Of a stretch of DNA of 43,992 nucleotides, positions 20,905 through 31,530 are shown in pieces (position 1 is the stretch's first letter; each line of letters opens with the position of its first letter). The notes below the pieces were generated by a model. That model searched no databases. It had not been told where the DNA came from and worked only from the letters and a program-made list of their open reading frames with translations. Location: assembly GCA_040222015.1 (NCBI GenBank), contig JAVJWO010000026.1, forward strand, positions 1 through 43,992. Direction: 5' to 3'. The position numbers and the translations under genes are program-made. The stretch comes from Coleofasciculus chthonoplastes F2-STO-03. Lineage in GTDB: Bacteria > Cyanobacteriota > Cyanobacteriia > Cyanobacteriales > Coleofasciculaceae.

Positions 20905-21096
20905 ATAAACATTACAAGAATAAGTGTCAAAGAAGAGCCAGACTGCCATATTTGGCGCTTAACTGTTGCAGTTGGGAAGGTATCACCAGCCAATTAGTTG
21001 ATAGAGCGGCTAGAATCAAGAATAAAGGGGATGTCAAAACTTACTTTATCTGGACAATAAATTATCTCGGTATCTGGTCGTTTCTGAGCTTAGGCT

Positions 21097-21600
21097 CTAT
21101 TGCTCAAGCAAATACTTAACCAGATAGTCAGGGGTTACCGAGGGAAACTCATCAACTCGATTTTCAAGGAAAGTGCCACTACAATCTATGCCATCGTACC
21201 GAATATTTCTTGTCCTGACATCAGCCGCCAGAAAATGGAAAAATTCCATGTGTGTCCAACCATTCTTGTATTCCGTAATCATACGGCACATATCACTACC
21301 AACAGATGTAATCGGACACTCCATACTTTCTTCTCCTAAGTAGCCCACTGCACGTACAATATATTCTGGACAAGCATGTAAAATTGTATCCATTTCATGC
21401 TCAAACTTACCTTCAGTAACATTCCAAACCTGAAATTTATGGTAGACAGAAATACCGTGAGGAAAGAGGAATTTGTCTTTTGATATTATCTCATTGATAA
21501 ACTGGGTGTAACGGATTACCTTATACCCGTTATCATAAATATACCAACGACGACCTTCCCACTTTCCCAGTGACATTTGAAATAACTCTACGCCGTTCAT
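21097..21600 (-). CDS. Divergent CpeS/CpcS-like (S/U-type phycobiliprotein lyase fold) protein
   Basis: ELFQMSLGKWEGRR, RAVGY, MITEY, E.F.F....VRTR and terminal ENRV follow the CpeS-family pattern. Confidence 0.55.
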   Translation of the reverse strand: MNGVELFQMSLGKWEGRRWYIYDNGYKVIRYTQFINEIISKDKFLFPHGISVYHKFQVWNVTEGKFEHEMDTILHACPEYIVRAVGYLGEESMECPITSVGSDMCRMITEYKNGWTHMEFFHFLAADVRTRNIRYDGIDCSGTFLENRVDEFPSVTPDYLVKYLLEQ

Positions 21601-21915
21601 ATTTTCACTCTACAATCTCGATATCCTTTTCTGTGAAGTTTAATAATAACATGAGGAAGTTACCGTTACAAAACACTAATTCCAAATTGCATAAGTCCCG
21701 AAGCCGTGAGAGATAAGTGTATACGCTATATCATTGAAGCGTGTCACCCGTTTGGAACCCCGGAAACTTCTGGGCTAATCACCTATGTTACAGTTTTGGC
21801 AACCACGGGATCGAATTCTAAGCCTTAATAGTAAAACGGAGACGTTACAACCGCAAATGGTTAGTTGTTAAACTTTGTTATAGAACAGACTGAGCCTCAG
21901 TCTGAAGGGGGAATC

Positions 21916-23610
21916 ATGAAAACCAGACATAGAGCGATCGCGACGTTAGGACTAGCCGCTATGTTGGCACAGCTTACCATGGCGTGCCAAGGTGAGGGAA
22001 CGGGTGGATCAAGATCAGGCGTTGCACCGACTACAGAACAAGCAGCTACGCAACAAGCGGAAAGTACAACGCCGCAACCTGATTCACAAATTCAAGCCCA
22101 AATAAAACAAGCTCCTTCTGCGGCTCAACTACCACTAACCGCACAACCGTCACCCGGTTCCAATTCTCTTAATCGTCAAGTTCCCGAAGAATCTAACCGT
22201 GAAACCTACATCCCTATCCCAGAAAATCCTTTTTTAAGCGCTAGCAGTAATCCACTCTCTACATTTTCCATCGATGTTGATGCGGCTTCTTATAGTAACG
22301 TGCGGCGCTTTATCAATGAGAATCAGCTTCCCCCTCCTAATGCGGTGCGAGTTGAGGAATTAATCAATTATTTTACTTACGATTATCCCCAACCTAAAGC
22401 CGATAAACCTTTTTCCATCACCACAGAAGTTGCCGAAGCACCTTGGAATCCAAAACACAAATTAGTTCACATTGGTTTACAAGGAAAAAGCATTTCCACA
22501 GAAAATTTACCACCCAGTAATCTGGTATTTTTGTTAGATGTTTCCGGTTCCATGTCGGACGCCAATAAACTTCCCTTACTTAAACAGGCATTCCGGTTAC
22601 TCGTTGACCAATTGCGAGACGAGGATAAGGTAAGTATTGTTGTCTATGCCGGGGCGGCGGGGACAGTGCTACCGCCAACACCAGGGAATCAGAAAGACAC
22701 CATATTAGCGGCAATTGATAAACTCGAAGCTGGAGGATCAACGGCTGGAGGTCAGGGAATTAAACTGGCATATAAATTAGCTCAAGATAATTTTATCGAA
22801 TCCGGTAATAACCGCGTGATTCTCGCCACAGATGGGGATTTTAATGTCGGCATCTCTAGCGATGAGCAATTAGTTAACCTGATTGAAGAGAAACGAGAAC
22901 AAGGCGTTTTCCTTACCGTGCTGGGATTTGGCACAGGCAATCTCCAAGATGCCAAGATGGAAAAAATTGCCAATAAAGGGAATGGAAATTATGCATATAT
23001 TGACAATATCTTGGAAGCAAATAAAGTCTTGGTCAATGAAATTGGTGGAACCTTATTCACCATCGCCAAGGATGTGAAAATTCAAATCGGATTTAACCCG
23101 GAAAAAGTGCAAGGCTATCGGCTAATTGGTTATGAAAATCGGCGACTGCAAAATGAAGCGTTTGCGGATGATAAAAAAGACGCGGGTGAGTTAGGTGCAG
23201 GTCATTCCGTTACCGCCCTTTATGAAATTATTCCTGTGGGAGTGGAAAGTGATGTCTCGTTATCGGATGTTGATATTGTAGACTCTCAACAGAAAACCGA
23301 TGAATCGATGACGTTTTCGGGGAATGAGTTAATGCAGGTAAAATTACGATATAAGCAACCGGATCAGGATACATCTCAACTGATTACCGCACCCGTGGTG
23401 GATAAAGGATTAACTTTAGCCCAAGCCTCGAATAACTTTAAATTTTCGGCATCTGTTGCTGAATTTGGTATGGTATTGAGAGAATCGCAGTACAAAGGTA
23501 ATGGTAATCTTGATCAGGTTTTACAGCTTGCCAGTCAATCTCAGGGGGCAGATTTAGATGGATACCGAGCCGAGTTTATTCGGTTAGTAAAGCGGGCAAA
23601 ATCGCTATAA
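21916..23610 (+). CDS. YfbK-like vWA-domain lipoprotein
   Basis: Lipobox-like TMAC; STFSIDVDAASY, MIDAS DVSGSM, LATDGDFNVG, YRLIGYENR. Confidence 0.92.
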   Translation: MKTRHRAIATLGLAAMLAQLTMACQGEGTGGSRSGVAPTTEQAATQQAESTTPQPDSQIQAQIKQAPSAAQLPLTAQPSPGSNSLNRQVPEESNRETYIPIPENPFLSASSNPLSTFSIDVDAASYSNVRRFINENQLPPPNAVRVEELINYFTYDYPQPKADKPFSITTEVAEAPWNPKHKLVHIGLQGKSISTENLPPSNLVFLLDVSGSMSDANKLPLLKQAFRLLVDQLRDEDKVSIVVYAGAAGTVLPPTPGNQKDTILAAIDKLEAGGSTAGGQGIKLAYKLAQDNFIESGNNRVILATDGDFNVGISSDEQLVNLIEEKREQGVFLTVLGFGTGNLQDAKMEKIANKGNGNYAYIDNILEANKVLVNEIGGTLFTIAKDVKIQIGFNPEKVQGYRLIGYENRRLQNEAFADDKKDAGELGAGHSVTALYEIIPVGVESDVSLSDVDIVDSQQKTDESMTFSGNELMQVKLRYKQPDQDTSQLITAPVVDKGLTLAQASNNFKFSASVAEFGMVLRESQYKGNGNLDQVLQLASQSQGADLDGYRAEFIRLVKRAKSL

Positions 23611-23798
23611 TTCGGTGGGTAAAATTAAGGTTCATGGCGTCATTTATCCTTGGTCATTTGTCATTTGTTCTACTCGATGCAAAGCAAAATTAAGTGCAGT
23701 AAACCTTACGTAAAGGGCGACCCGATACAATTGAGTAAATACAGTTGTTTATTTGTGCAAGCGGGTCGCCCCTACAAACGCATTCGGTGATTATTATC

Positions 23799-25094
23799 AT
23801 GAATTCTATGATTCAAAACTCAAATAATAACCTCCCAGAATTTTGCCCGCAAGGTTATCAGATTCAGCGGGAACTGGGACATAACCGGAGTAGTGGACGA
23901 GTAACCTACTTAGCTACCCATGAATCCACCGCACAACCTGTGGTGATTAAACAATTTCAATTTGCTAAAACGGGTGCAAATTGGTCAGATTTTGACGCCC
24001 ATGAACGGGAAATTACTCTGCTGCAACAACTGGATTCTCCAAGTATTCCTAAATACTTGGATGCATTTGAAACCCCTGATGGCTTTTGCTTAATTCAGGA
24101 ATACAAGCAAGCGCCCTCTTTAGCCGTTTCTCAATCTTTTACCCCAGAAGACGTTAAACAAATTGCGATCGCACTCTTGGAGGTGTTGGTTTACCTACAG
24201 CAGCAAGTTCCGCCAATTATTCATCGAGATATTAAGCCGGAAAATATTTTAGTTGAACGTTCCCCCCAGATTAAGGTGTATTTAGTCGATTTTGGTTTAG
24301 CCCGTGCGTTTGGGGATGATTTGGCGGCGAGTAGTGTGGTGAAGGGAACGTTAGGATTTATGCCACCGGAACAGATGTTTAATCGTCAACTCACGGAAGC
24401 GTCTGATTTATATGGTTTAGGGGTAACGTTGATTTGTTTACTCACTCAGACTAAATCCGCTGATATTGGTAATTTAATGGATGAGGATTGTCGAATTGAC
24501 TATAAATCTCTGGTATCGGGTCTGAATCCTCAGTTTATCACTTGGCTGGATAAAATGGTCGCGCCTAAATTGCGCGATCGCTTCCCTAATGCGGTGACGG
24601 CGCTGGCGGAGTTGTTACCGATTGATGTGGTGGGAAATTCGCCAACTTCGGATCAGTTTCAGCGACTCCAGTCTGGAATTACGCCGATGTTGGTATTGAA
24701 AGTTGGGGTATTGGCGGTGATTGGTACAGGTTTAGGAATCGCATCCCGAATCACTAATCCTGTACCCGTAGAAAATGCTCCCGCTGCAGTACAGCACTTG
24801 CAGCAAACAGGAGAATGTGCTGGATGTAATTTGAGTGGCGCTGATTTGAGAGGACAGAATTTGACAACCGTTGATTTGAGAGAGGCTAATCTCAGTGAAG
24901 CTAACCTGCAGGGGGCGGATTTGCAAAGTGCTAATTTAGAAAATGCCAACCTGCAAGGGGCGAATTTAATTGATGCAGATCTTAGGGGCGCTTACTTAAG
25001 AAATGCTGACTTAACGGCGGCAAAGCTGACAGGGGCTAACCTTGACAGTACGGATCTCAGGGGTGCGATTATGCCTGATAATTTTAGGCGATAG
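23799..25094 (+). CDS. Ser/Thr protein kinase with TM helix and C-terminal pentapeptide repeats
   Basis: [31 protein letters not shown] and ANL repeats. Confidence 0.93.
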   Translation: MNSMIQNSNNNLPEFCPQGYQIQRELGHNRSSGRVTYLATHESTAQPVVIKQFQFAKTGANWSDFDAHEREITLLQQLDSPSIPKYLDAFETPDGFCLIQEYKQAPSLAVSQSFTPEDVKQIAIALLEVLVYLQQQVPPIIHRDIKPENILVERSPQIKVYLVDFGLARAFGDDLAASSVVKGTLGFMPPEQMFNRQLTEASDLYGLGVTLICLLTQTKSADIGNLMDEDCRIDYKSLVSGLNPQFITWLDKMVAPKLRDRFPNAVTALAELLPIDVVGNSPTSDQFQRLQSGITPMLVLKVGVLAVIGTGLGIASRITNPVPVENAPAAVQHLQQTGECAGCNLSGADLRGQNLTTVDLREANLSEANLQGADLQSANLENANLQGANLIDADLRGAYLRNADLTAAKLTGANLDSTDLRGAIMPDNFRR

Positions 25095-25115
25095 AAAAGA
25101 AGCCCCGATCTCGCC

Positions 25116-25478
25116 ATGCAAATTACCCAATGTCTCCATACAGCTATTCTCGTCTCTAACCTGGAGAACGCCGAACACTTTTATGGCAACATCTTAGGGT
25201 TATCGAAAGTCGAGCGATCGCTAAAATATGCTGGTGTCTGGTATCAGATTGGCGATGTTCAACTCCACCTCATCGTTGACACCACACTCTCAACTCACCT
25301 GCAAAACCCGGAAAAATGGGGGCGCAATCCTCACGTCGCCTTCTCGATTGCTAACTTAGATGATGCCAAAACCAAGCTATTGGAACATAACTGCCCGATC
25401 CAAATGAGCGCGTCGGGTCGTGCGGCTTTGTTCACCCAAGATCCCGATGGTAACATTATTGAACTCAATCAAGTTTAG
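25116..25478 (+). CDS. VOC/glyoxalase-family protein
   Basis: LHTAILV, HFYG, PHVAF, DPDGNIIEL. Confidence 0.93.
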   Translation: MQITQCLHTAILVSNLENAEHFYGNILGLSKVERSLKYAGVWYQIGDVQLHLIVDTTLSTHLQNPEKWGRNPHVAFSIANLDDAKTKLLEHNCPIQMSASGRAALFTQDPDGNIIELNQV

Positions 25479-25557
25479 TTTTATGTCCTTTGTTATTCGT
25501 CAAAATTCAAAACCAGGTTCCTTTGAGCAAGCGCGTTGGGTTAAACTCTTGCCCTCA

Positions 25558-25621
25558 GTCAGGGCGGGTTTAGTTACATCTGGGCTAGGTCAGAAACGAT
25601 AGTAGTCAAACCCGCCCCTAC
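25558..25621. repeat. GTAG-type REP dyad
   Basis: GGGCGGGTTT...AAACCCGCCCCTAC. Confidence 0.8.
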
Positions 25622-25656
25622 AAACCATGTCCGAAAAGCGTTGCGAAGGGTCAAAA

Positions 25657-26949
25657 ATGCGAATCGTCGCCTACCTCTACAGCGATCCCCTCTTAGAATC
25701 TCCTCCTGATCCGGTGATCTGGGGTTGGGAAGTCGATCATGTCTATCAAGATTTGGGTGGGCGTCAACAGTGGGGACAACTCATTGCTGATTGTCAAACT
25801 GAACCGACTGATTATCTGCTGATCCGCCGTTTAGAAGAACTAGGCGACTCCATTACCCAAGTGAGCGATCGCCTCACTCAAATCCAAGCCCTAGGCGTTA
25901 TTGTCATGGCGACTGAACAATCCTACTCCTCCCATAACACCAACTCCCAAACCAACTTACTCAAACTCCTGGGTGAAGTCCAGCAAGAAGCCAGTTCTCG
26001 CCGCCTACGTCAAGGACATGCCCGTAATCGCCTCAACGCCCTACCCCCACCCGGAAAAGCCCCCTACGGCTACCGACGAGGCAAAGAACGCTATATTCTG
26101 GATCGCAGTACCGCCCCCTTAGTCAAAGATTTTTTTGACCAATTTCTGCTGTATGGCTCATTACGCGGTGCGGTGCGGTATCTGGAAAAAAAGTATAGTA
26201 AAAAAATCTCCGTGGCAACAGGTAAGCGTTGGCTAACCAGCCCCGTCTATCGGGGTGATCTCGCCTATCGCAACGGAGAAGTTATCTGTGACACTCATAG
26301 CCCGATTCTCAACCGCGAAGAAGCCGCCCAAATTGACCGTTTGCTGCGTCGCAACCGTCGCCTCCCGTCTCGAACCGCCAGCGCCCCGCGTTCCTTAGCG
26401 GGTTTAGTCGTTTGTGGTGACTGTCAATCTCAGATGAGTGTTACCCGTGTCACTCGCCCCCGTCAAACCTGGGAATATCTTTACCTGCGCCCCGTTAACT
26501 GTCCCAAGCGCCCTAAATGCCGTGTGATTCCCTACCAGCAGGTTTTAGACTCCACAATACAAACCATTTGTCAAGAGTTGCCTCGTGCCGTAGCTGGGAT
26601 GAACCTGCCCAACTTAGATGAGGTCAAACAATCTCTGATCAGCCAGGTTACTGAGCAAAAAGCCGTATTAGACCAGCTTAACCACTTAACCGCCACAGGT
26701 ATCTTGGATACCGAAACAGCCCAGCTGCGCGCCTATAAACTCCGCACCGAACTGTCTCAACTCCTTTCCCAGCTTTCCTCCCTGCCCCCCGTGAATTTAG
26801 GCGCGATCGCGCAAACCGTATCCATTCCCCAATTCTGGTCAGATTTATCGGAATCTGAGCGCCGATTTTACTTTCGAGAATTTATTCGGCAAGTCAAACT
26901 CATTCGTCAGGGTCAACAGTGGCGGCTGCAACTTGTTTTTATCTTCTAG
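25657..26949 (+). CDS. Large serine recombinase-like protein with a degenerate catalytic motif
   Basis: GKAPYGY, recombinase domain (LTSPVYRG), Zn ribbon LAGLVVCGDC, coiled coil; N-terminus reads AYLYSDP rather than YxRxS. Confidence 0.85.
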   Translation: MRIVAYLYSDPLLESPPDPVIWGWEVDHVYQDLGGRQQWGQLIADCQTEPTDYLLIRRLEELGDSITQVSDRLTQIQALGVIVMATEQSYSSHNTNSQTNLLKLLGEVQQEASSRRLRQGHARNRLNALPPPGKAPYGYRRGKERYILDRSTAPLVKDFFDQFLLYGSLRGAVRYLEKKYSKKISVATGKRWLTSPVYRGDLAYRNGEVICDTHSPILNREEAAQIDRLLRRNRRLPSRTASAPRSLAGLVVCGDCQSQMSVTRVTRPRQTWEYLYLRPVNCPKRPKCRVIPYQQVLDSTIQTICQELPRAVAGMNLPNLDEVKQSLISQVTEQKAVLDQLNHLTATGILDTETAQLRAYKLRTELSQLLSQLSSLPPVNLGAIAQTVSIPQFWSDLSESERRFYFREFIRQVKLIRQGQQWRLQLVFIF

Positions 26950-27148
26950 TTGACAAAAACGGTATTATACAGGAGTCCAAATAGAGTATAGTATCTAGTT
27001 TGGGTGCGTATCGTTATTAATGTGAGTTATCCTGATTATTCCCTTCATAAGGCGTATATCCAAGATAATCCCATCCCAACCAGGTGCAACTGCCTCAAAT
27101 CACTGATGAATTAGGACGTTAGCGAGAGGCTAAGACCTGGGAATTTTT

Positions 27149-27778
27149 ATGGATGCTGCTGAATTGCTAAAGGGTTATGCTGCCGGAGAGCGAGATTTTG
27201 AGGGAGTTGAACTCCGGAGAGCCTATCTGACTGAAGCAATTCTCAATGGAGCGAATCTTAGGCGTAGCGACTTGAGTGGTGCTAATCTCAGTGGCGCTAG
27301 TTTAAAAGGAGCGAACCTGAGCGAAGCCAATCTGAGTCAAGCCAACTTAAGCGTAGCTAATTTAAGCAAAGCTGAACTCAACGATGCCAATTTAACGGCG
27401 GCTGAATTAGTCAGAGCCACGTTGATTGAATGTAACTTAAAACGTGCGAATTTAACTGGAGCGCACCTGCGGGAAGCGAGCTTGATGTTTGCCAATCTTG
27501 CCCAAGCCTGTCTTTATCAAGCGGATTTACACGGCGCGATGTTACACCAGGCTATTTTACATTGGGCAAGCTTAAAGAATGCAGATTTAATTGGGGCAAT
27601 CCTACAAGGGGCGGATATGAGGGGCGCTGATCTCAGTCAAGCTTGTTTGATTCGCGCTGATGTATCCAAGGCAATTTTGATGGTTGCTGATCTGCGGGGG
27701 GCAATTGTTATGGGAGCTAATTTTAAAGCCGCCATACTCACAGGCGCGGTTTTGCCAGATGGCAAGATGCATCAGTAA
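27149..27778 (+). CDS. Pentapeptide repeat protein
   Basis: YAAGERDF start, A(N/D)L repeats, LPDG end. Confidence 0.93.
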   Translation: MDAAELLKGYAAGERDFEGVELRRAYLTEAILNGANLRRSDLSGANLSGASLKGANLSEANLSQANLSVANLSKAELNDANLTAAELVRATLIECNLKRANLTGAHLREASLMFANLAQACLYQADLHGAMLHQAILHWASLKNADLIGAILQGADMRGADLSQACLIRADVSKAILMVADLRGAIVMGANFKAAILTGAVLPDGKMHQ

Positions 27779-27899
27779 TAGCGCTTCGCGCTGGGCAATA
27801 GGCAATAGGGGGGAGAAATACAGATCATATAAGGCTTTTAGCAGAGTCGTAGTCGTAGGGTGGGCAATGCCCACCCGCCTTGAGCCAGAACCATTCAAC

Positions 27900-29444
27900 T
27901 TAAGTGCTAAAAACAATTTGTCCATTCTGAATCGCGACTAACTGCATTTTCAACGGTCCGGCTGTAGAGGTTTGGTCTTGGGCGATCGCTCTCACCGCCA
28001 GAGGTTGCTCAGATTCCGCTAACTGTTCCATAAAGCGAATTAGAGTAGAAGGATCACCATCTGCAACTTGAATCGGACCGAGGACTCCAGCGCGACGGGC
28101 GCGAAACTGAGAGGCGGCGAGTAACTGGTCAATGCGTTGTTGCAGAGCCTTATTTGTCAAGGTTGAAGCATTGATAGAAACAGCAGCTAACACTTCCCCC
28201 GGTTCAAACACCACTTGATTCAGTGCTGCATCGGCAAAGGCTTGAATCGGTTTTTCGCCAACCACATAGTTTCCAGCGGAGAGAATTCGCACCACATAGT
28301 CTTCACTATCTTGAATTTGTTCGATTAACTGTTCGGCTTGGGCTTGAGTAATTTGAACTAGGGGTTCCTTCGGTTCCTTAGATCCGGGCAAAACAATTTC
28401 CGTGGCGGTTCGATTGGCTTCCCGCAGGAGTTGATCAACCGCCTCAGATGCGGCTGATGGTTCAATAATACGCACCACACCAAATGCCAGCACTTGACCC
28501 CGCAAAATTGCCACATTGCCCTGACGCAAGGCTTGATAGTTCTGATAATACTGCTCCAGAATATCGACTTGCCGTTCTAAAAACGCCAGTTGTTGTTGTT
28601 GATCTTGTAGTTTTTGGTTGCGTTGGGCGATGAGGAGTTCCCGTTGGGCAAGTTCCTCTTCCAGTTGAGCCAAGCGAACTTCCCGTTGAGCGATCGCCTC
28701 TTTGAGTTCGGCTTGCAGTTCTTGAAGACGGGCTTCTCGTTGTGCGATCGCTTCCTGGAGACTGGCTTCCCGTTCAGCCATGGTTTCAATCACGTTATCT
28801 TTTTGGCCGAGTTCCTGCTCTTTTTCCCTCAATTGCTCATTTCTCTGCTGGAGTTGCTGGTTTTTTAGCGCCAGTTGCTGGCTAGTTTCCTCCAGTTCCT
28901 GATCCCGTTGCGCCACTAACTCTTTAAGCTGGCTAATTTCTGCATTAAGTTGATTTCGTTGCTCAATTAACTGTTGACGTTCAGCCAAGAGTGACTGAAT
29001 TTCTGAACGTAGATTACTTGCCTGTTTTGATATATCTCGCAGTTGAGCTTGAGCCTTCTGGAAATTGCTGTTCAGTTCATCCAGACGCTGTTGTACTTTG
29101 GCTTGCTCGGCTCTAGTTTTAGCCAGTTCGCCCTCTACTTGTTGTTTCTGGGCATTAACAACTTCCACATCCCGACGCGCATGTCTAAGTTGTCGCAGAA
29201 TGTTATCCAATTGAAACACCCCTTCCCGCAGGGATTCACTCAGACCGAAGAGAATACCCAAAGTTGAGGCAGAAATCAAACATCCCGTCATAATCGTCAC
29301 CACCGTCGCCGTTTTACGAGGACGTAAGTTAAATAAACTCAGCCGCGCCTTGCCAACTTTCGTACCAATGCGATCGCCTAAAGTTGCGAGGACTCCTCCC
29401 AACAGTAATATTGCCACGATTAGGATGTAAGCGCTGGTCATCAC
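27900..29444 (-). CDS. DUF3084-domain membrane-anchored coiled-coil protein
   Basis: GDRIGTKVGKARLSLFNLRPRKTA; long coiled coil; SAGNYVVGE. Confidence 0.88.
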   Translation of the reverse strand: MMTSAYILIVAILLLGGVLATLGDRIGTKVGKARLSLFNLRPRKTATVVTIMTGCLISASTLGILFGLSESLREGVFQLDNILRQLRHARRDVEVVNAQKQQVEGELAKTRAEQAKVQQRLDELNSNFQKAQAQLRDISKQASNLRSEIQSLLAERQQLIEQRNQLNAEISQLKELVAQRDQELEETSQQLALKNQQLQQRNEQLREKEQELGQKDNVIETMAEREASLQEAIAQREARLQELQAELKEAIAQREVRLAQLEEELAQRELLIAQRNQKLQDQQQQLAFLERQVDILEQYYQNYQALRQGNVAILRGQVLAFGVVRIIEPSAASEAVDQLLREANRTATEIVLPGSKEPKEPLVQITQAQAEQLIEQIQDSEDYVVRILSAGNYVVGEKPIQAFADAALNQVVFEPGEVLAAVSINASTLTNKALQQRIDQLLAASQFRARRAGVLGPIQVADGDPSTLIRFMEQLAESEQPLAVRAIAQDQTSTAGPLKMQLVAIQNGQIVFST

Positions 29445-29579
29445 GATGCTACGTCTGTCCAGATACAGCCTATCTTATGGCTGAGGCGGATTATATATTT
29501 TTTTTGGGTTCATTGTTCATGGTTGATTGGGGAAATTCTTCCTCATCTCCTCTACCCCCTGCACCCCTCTGCGTTGAAT

Positions 29580-30518
29580 TCACTCTGGGAATGAATCCAG
29601 TAGCACAGATATCCCTCGCACACCCACCACCGCCACCAAACTGCCAATCACCACCAGGCTTAAAAGTCGTAAACTAACCTGTAGCGATCGCAGTCGTTGT
29701 TCTAATTCGCTGTCATAGTGTTGGGCTAAGGTTTCCAGCGTCTGATCCAAGGTTCCGCTTTCTTCCCCGGTGCTAATCATTTGTAGCGCTGTCGGGGGTA
29801 ATTTACCCTGGAGACTCTGACTTAGAGGTTGACCCATGCGAACGCGCCGTCTAGCCCAGGAAAGTTTACCTTTCATGATTGTATCTGGGATATGGTCTCG
29901 CAGTAAATCCAAGGCGGTGAGGATGGAAACCCCACAACTTAACGGTAATCGTAACTTAGCTAAATAAAGGAGCGATCGCGCCTGCACGATTTTTCCGAAA
30001 ATAGGTAATCGTCTCACCAGTTGCAGCCAAAAGGGACTAGAAAAGCGAGACACGAGGATTATCATCACCCATAATAGCAGCGCGATCGCTAACCCTCTTA
30101 ACCAAAACTCTGGTTTAATAATTCCTGTTGCATTGGGGTTAAAAATAGCCGCCGTTAACACCAAAAATCCCCAAATTATCGCTATGGCTGAACGTTTGAC
30201 CGACCCATATAATCGTTCCTGTCTCGCTTGCGTTTCAGCGTCTTCGGCGAGGATTTGACAGGTTTGGGGTAGAGAACCGCTATATTCAGCTAAACGAATT
30301 AAGCTAATCGTCCAACGATTAAAATAACCGCGTTCACAAGTTAAGGCGGTGGCGAAATCCTGACCAGAACCTACGGCGAGACTGACTTTTTGTAAATAGC
30401 GTTTAACGGCTGGGTTTAAATCATTTCCTACCAGGGTTAAACTTTGCTGTAGACTTATACCAGAATTGAGTAATTTAGCAAGCTGGGAGAAGATTTGAGC
30501 ATTTTGGCGATTTGTCAT
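29580..30518 (-). CDS. Type II secretion system F / PilC-family membrane protein
   Basis: Two T2SSF repeats (QLAKLLNSGI...AEYSGSL; GEESGTLD); the start at 30557 overlaps STRR-like sequence. Confidence 0.88.
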   Translation of the reverse strand: MTNRQNAQIFSQLAKLLNSGISLQQSLTLVGNDLNPAVKRYLQKVSLAVGSGQDFATALTCERGYFNRWTISLIRLAEYSGSLPQTCQILAEDAETQARQERLYGSVKRSAIAIIWGFLVLTAAIFNPNATGIIKPEFWLRGLAIALLLWVMIILVSRFSSPFWLQLVRRLPIFGKIVQARSLLYLAKLRLPLSCGVSILTALDLLRDHIPDTIMKGKLSWARRRVRMGQPLSQSLQGKLPPTALQMISTGEESGTLDQTLETLAQHYDSELEQRLRSLQVSLRLLSLVVIGSLVAVVGVRGISVLLDSFPE

Positions 30519-30821
30519 TTGTCCTTTTTCCTTCGTCATACTCGAAGAGCGCGACAAGCAAACTACGTCTTATGTCCTTATCTAGGTTTACTACCCCCTT
30601 TATAATCCAGTCCGCTTTTAGTGAGATTAGTTTAACCGGATTTGATATCAGACCCCTTCCCAAACCCCTCCTTCCCTTGCCGGATACTGCTGGAAAACTT
30701 TTGCCTTCTTGCACTAGGTTTCGCGACTTTCCAGGAAAAATCGCGATCGCACTTCGTTTTCAGGTAAACTCAAATGTTGCTTATTCCAGCCTTATGACCC
30801 CCAATCTACGGAGAAATAACC

Positions 30822-31463
30822 TTGGCTATAGAATTGCGATCCTACGTCTATATAGATAGCTTACAGCCGCAGCACGCAGCATATATGGGAACCGTGGCGC
30901 TAGGATTCTTGCCATTACCTGGAGATACGTCGCTATGGATTGAAATCTCACCCGGTATCGAAATTAACCGGATTACCGATGTGGCGCTCAAATCGACCTC
31001 TGTACGTCCCGCCGTGCAGATGGTGGAACGACTCTATGGGGTTCTGGAAGTCCATGCGAATAAACAAGGCGAAACCAGGGCGGCGGGGAAAGCGATTCTA
31101 GCCACCCTAGGTGTCAGTGAACGAGAACGTCTTAAACCGCGAGTTGTCTCTAGCCAAATTATTCGCAATATTGACCCTCACCAAACTCAACTGATTAATC
31201 GCACCCGACGGGGACAGATGATTTTGGCAGGACAAACCCTTTATGTTTTAGAAGTCGCACCAGCCGCTTATGCTGCTTTAGCCGCTAATGAAGCCGAGAA
31301 AGCCGCCTCAATTAATATTCTGCAAATTTCTGCCGTTGGCAGTTTTGGACGCCTCTACTTAGGTGGTGAAGAACAGGATATTCTGGCAGGTTCGCAAGCG
31401 GCGCTGACAGCACTGGAGAACGTTCCTGGGCGAGAACATCCCGGCGCTGGAGGGAAAGAGTAG
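30822..31463 (+). CDS. ccmP: Carboxysome shell protein CcmP (tandem BMC)
   Basis: [51 protein letters not shown] start after GGAG. Confidence 0.92.
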   Translation: MAIELRSYVYIDSLQPQHAAYMGTVALGFLPLPGDTSLWIEISPGIEINRITDVALKSTSVRPAVQMVERLYGVLEVHANKQGETRAAGKAILATLGVSERERLKPRVVSSQIIRNIDPHQTQLINRTRRGQMILAGQTLYVLEVAPAAYAALAANEAEKAASINILQISAVGSFGRLYLGGEEQDILAGSQAALTALENVPGREHPGAGGKE

Positions 31464-31530
31464 AACAAGGGTGCATGTAGAGACGTGCCATGGCACGTCT
31501 GGGGGCGGGGGTTCTTCTAATGGCATCTTT

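Noticed and set aside
20901..21119. 72-aa ORF between the SDR and CpeS-like genes
   Set aside because: TTG start, no motifs, overlaps both neighbours.
25657..26949. Recombinase as XisF or prophage integrase partnered with xisHI
   Set aside because: 15 kb away across housekeeping genes, catalytic motif degenerate, and no interrupted gene or att sites seen.
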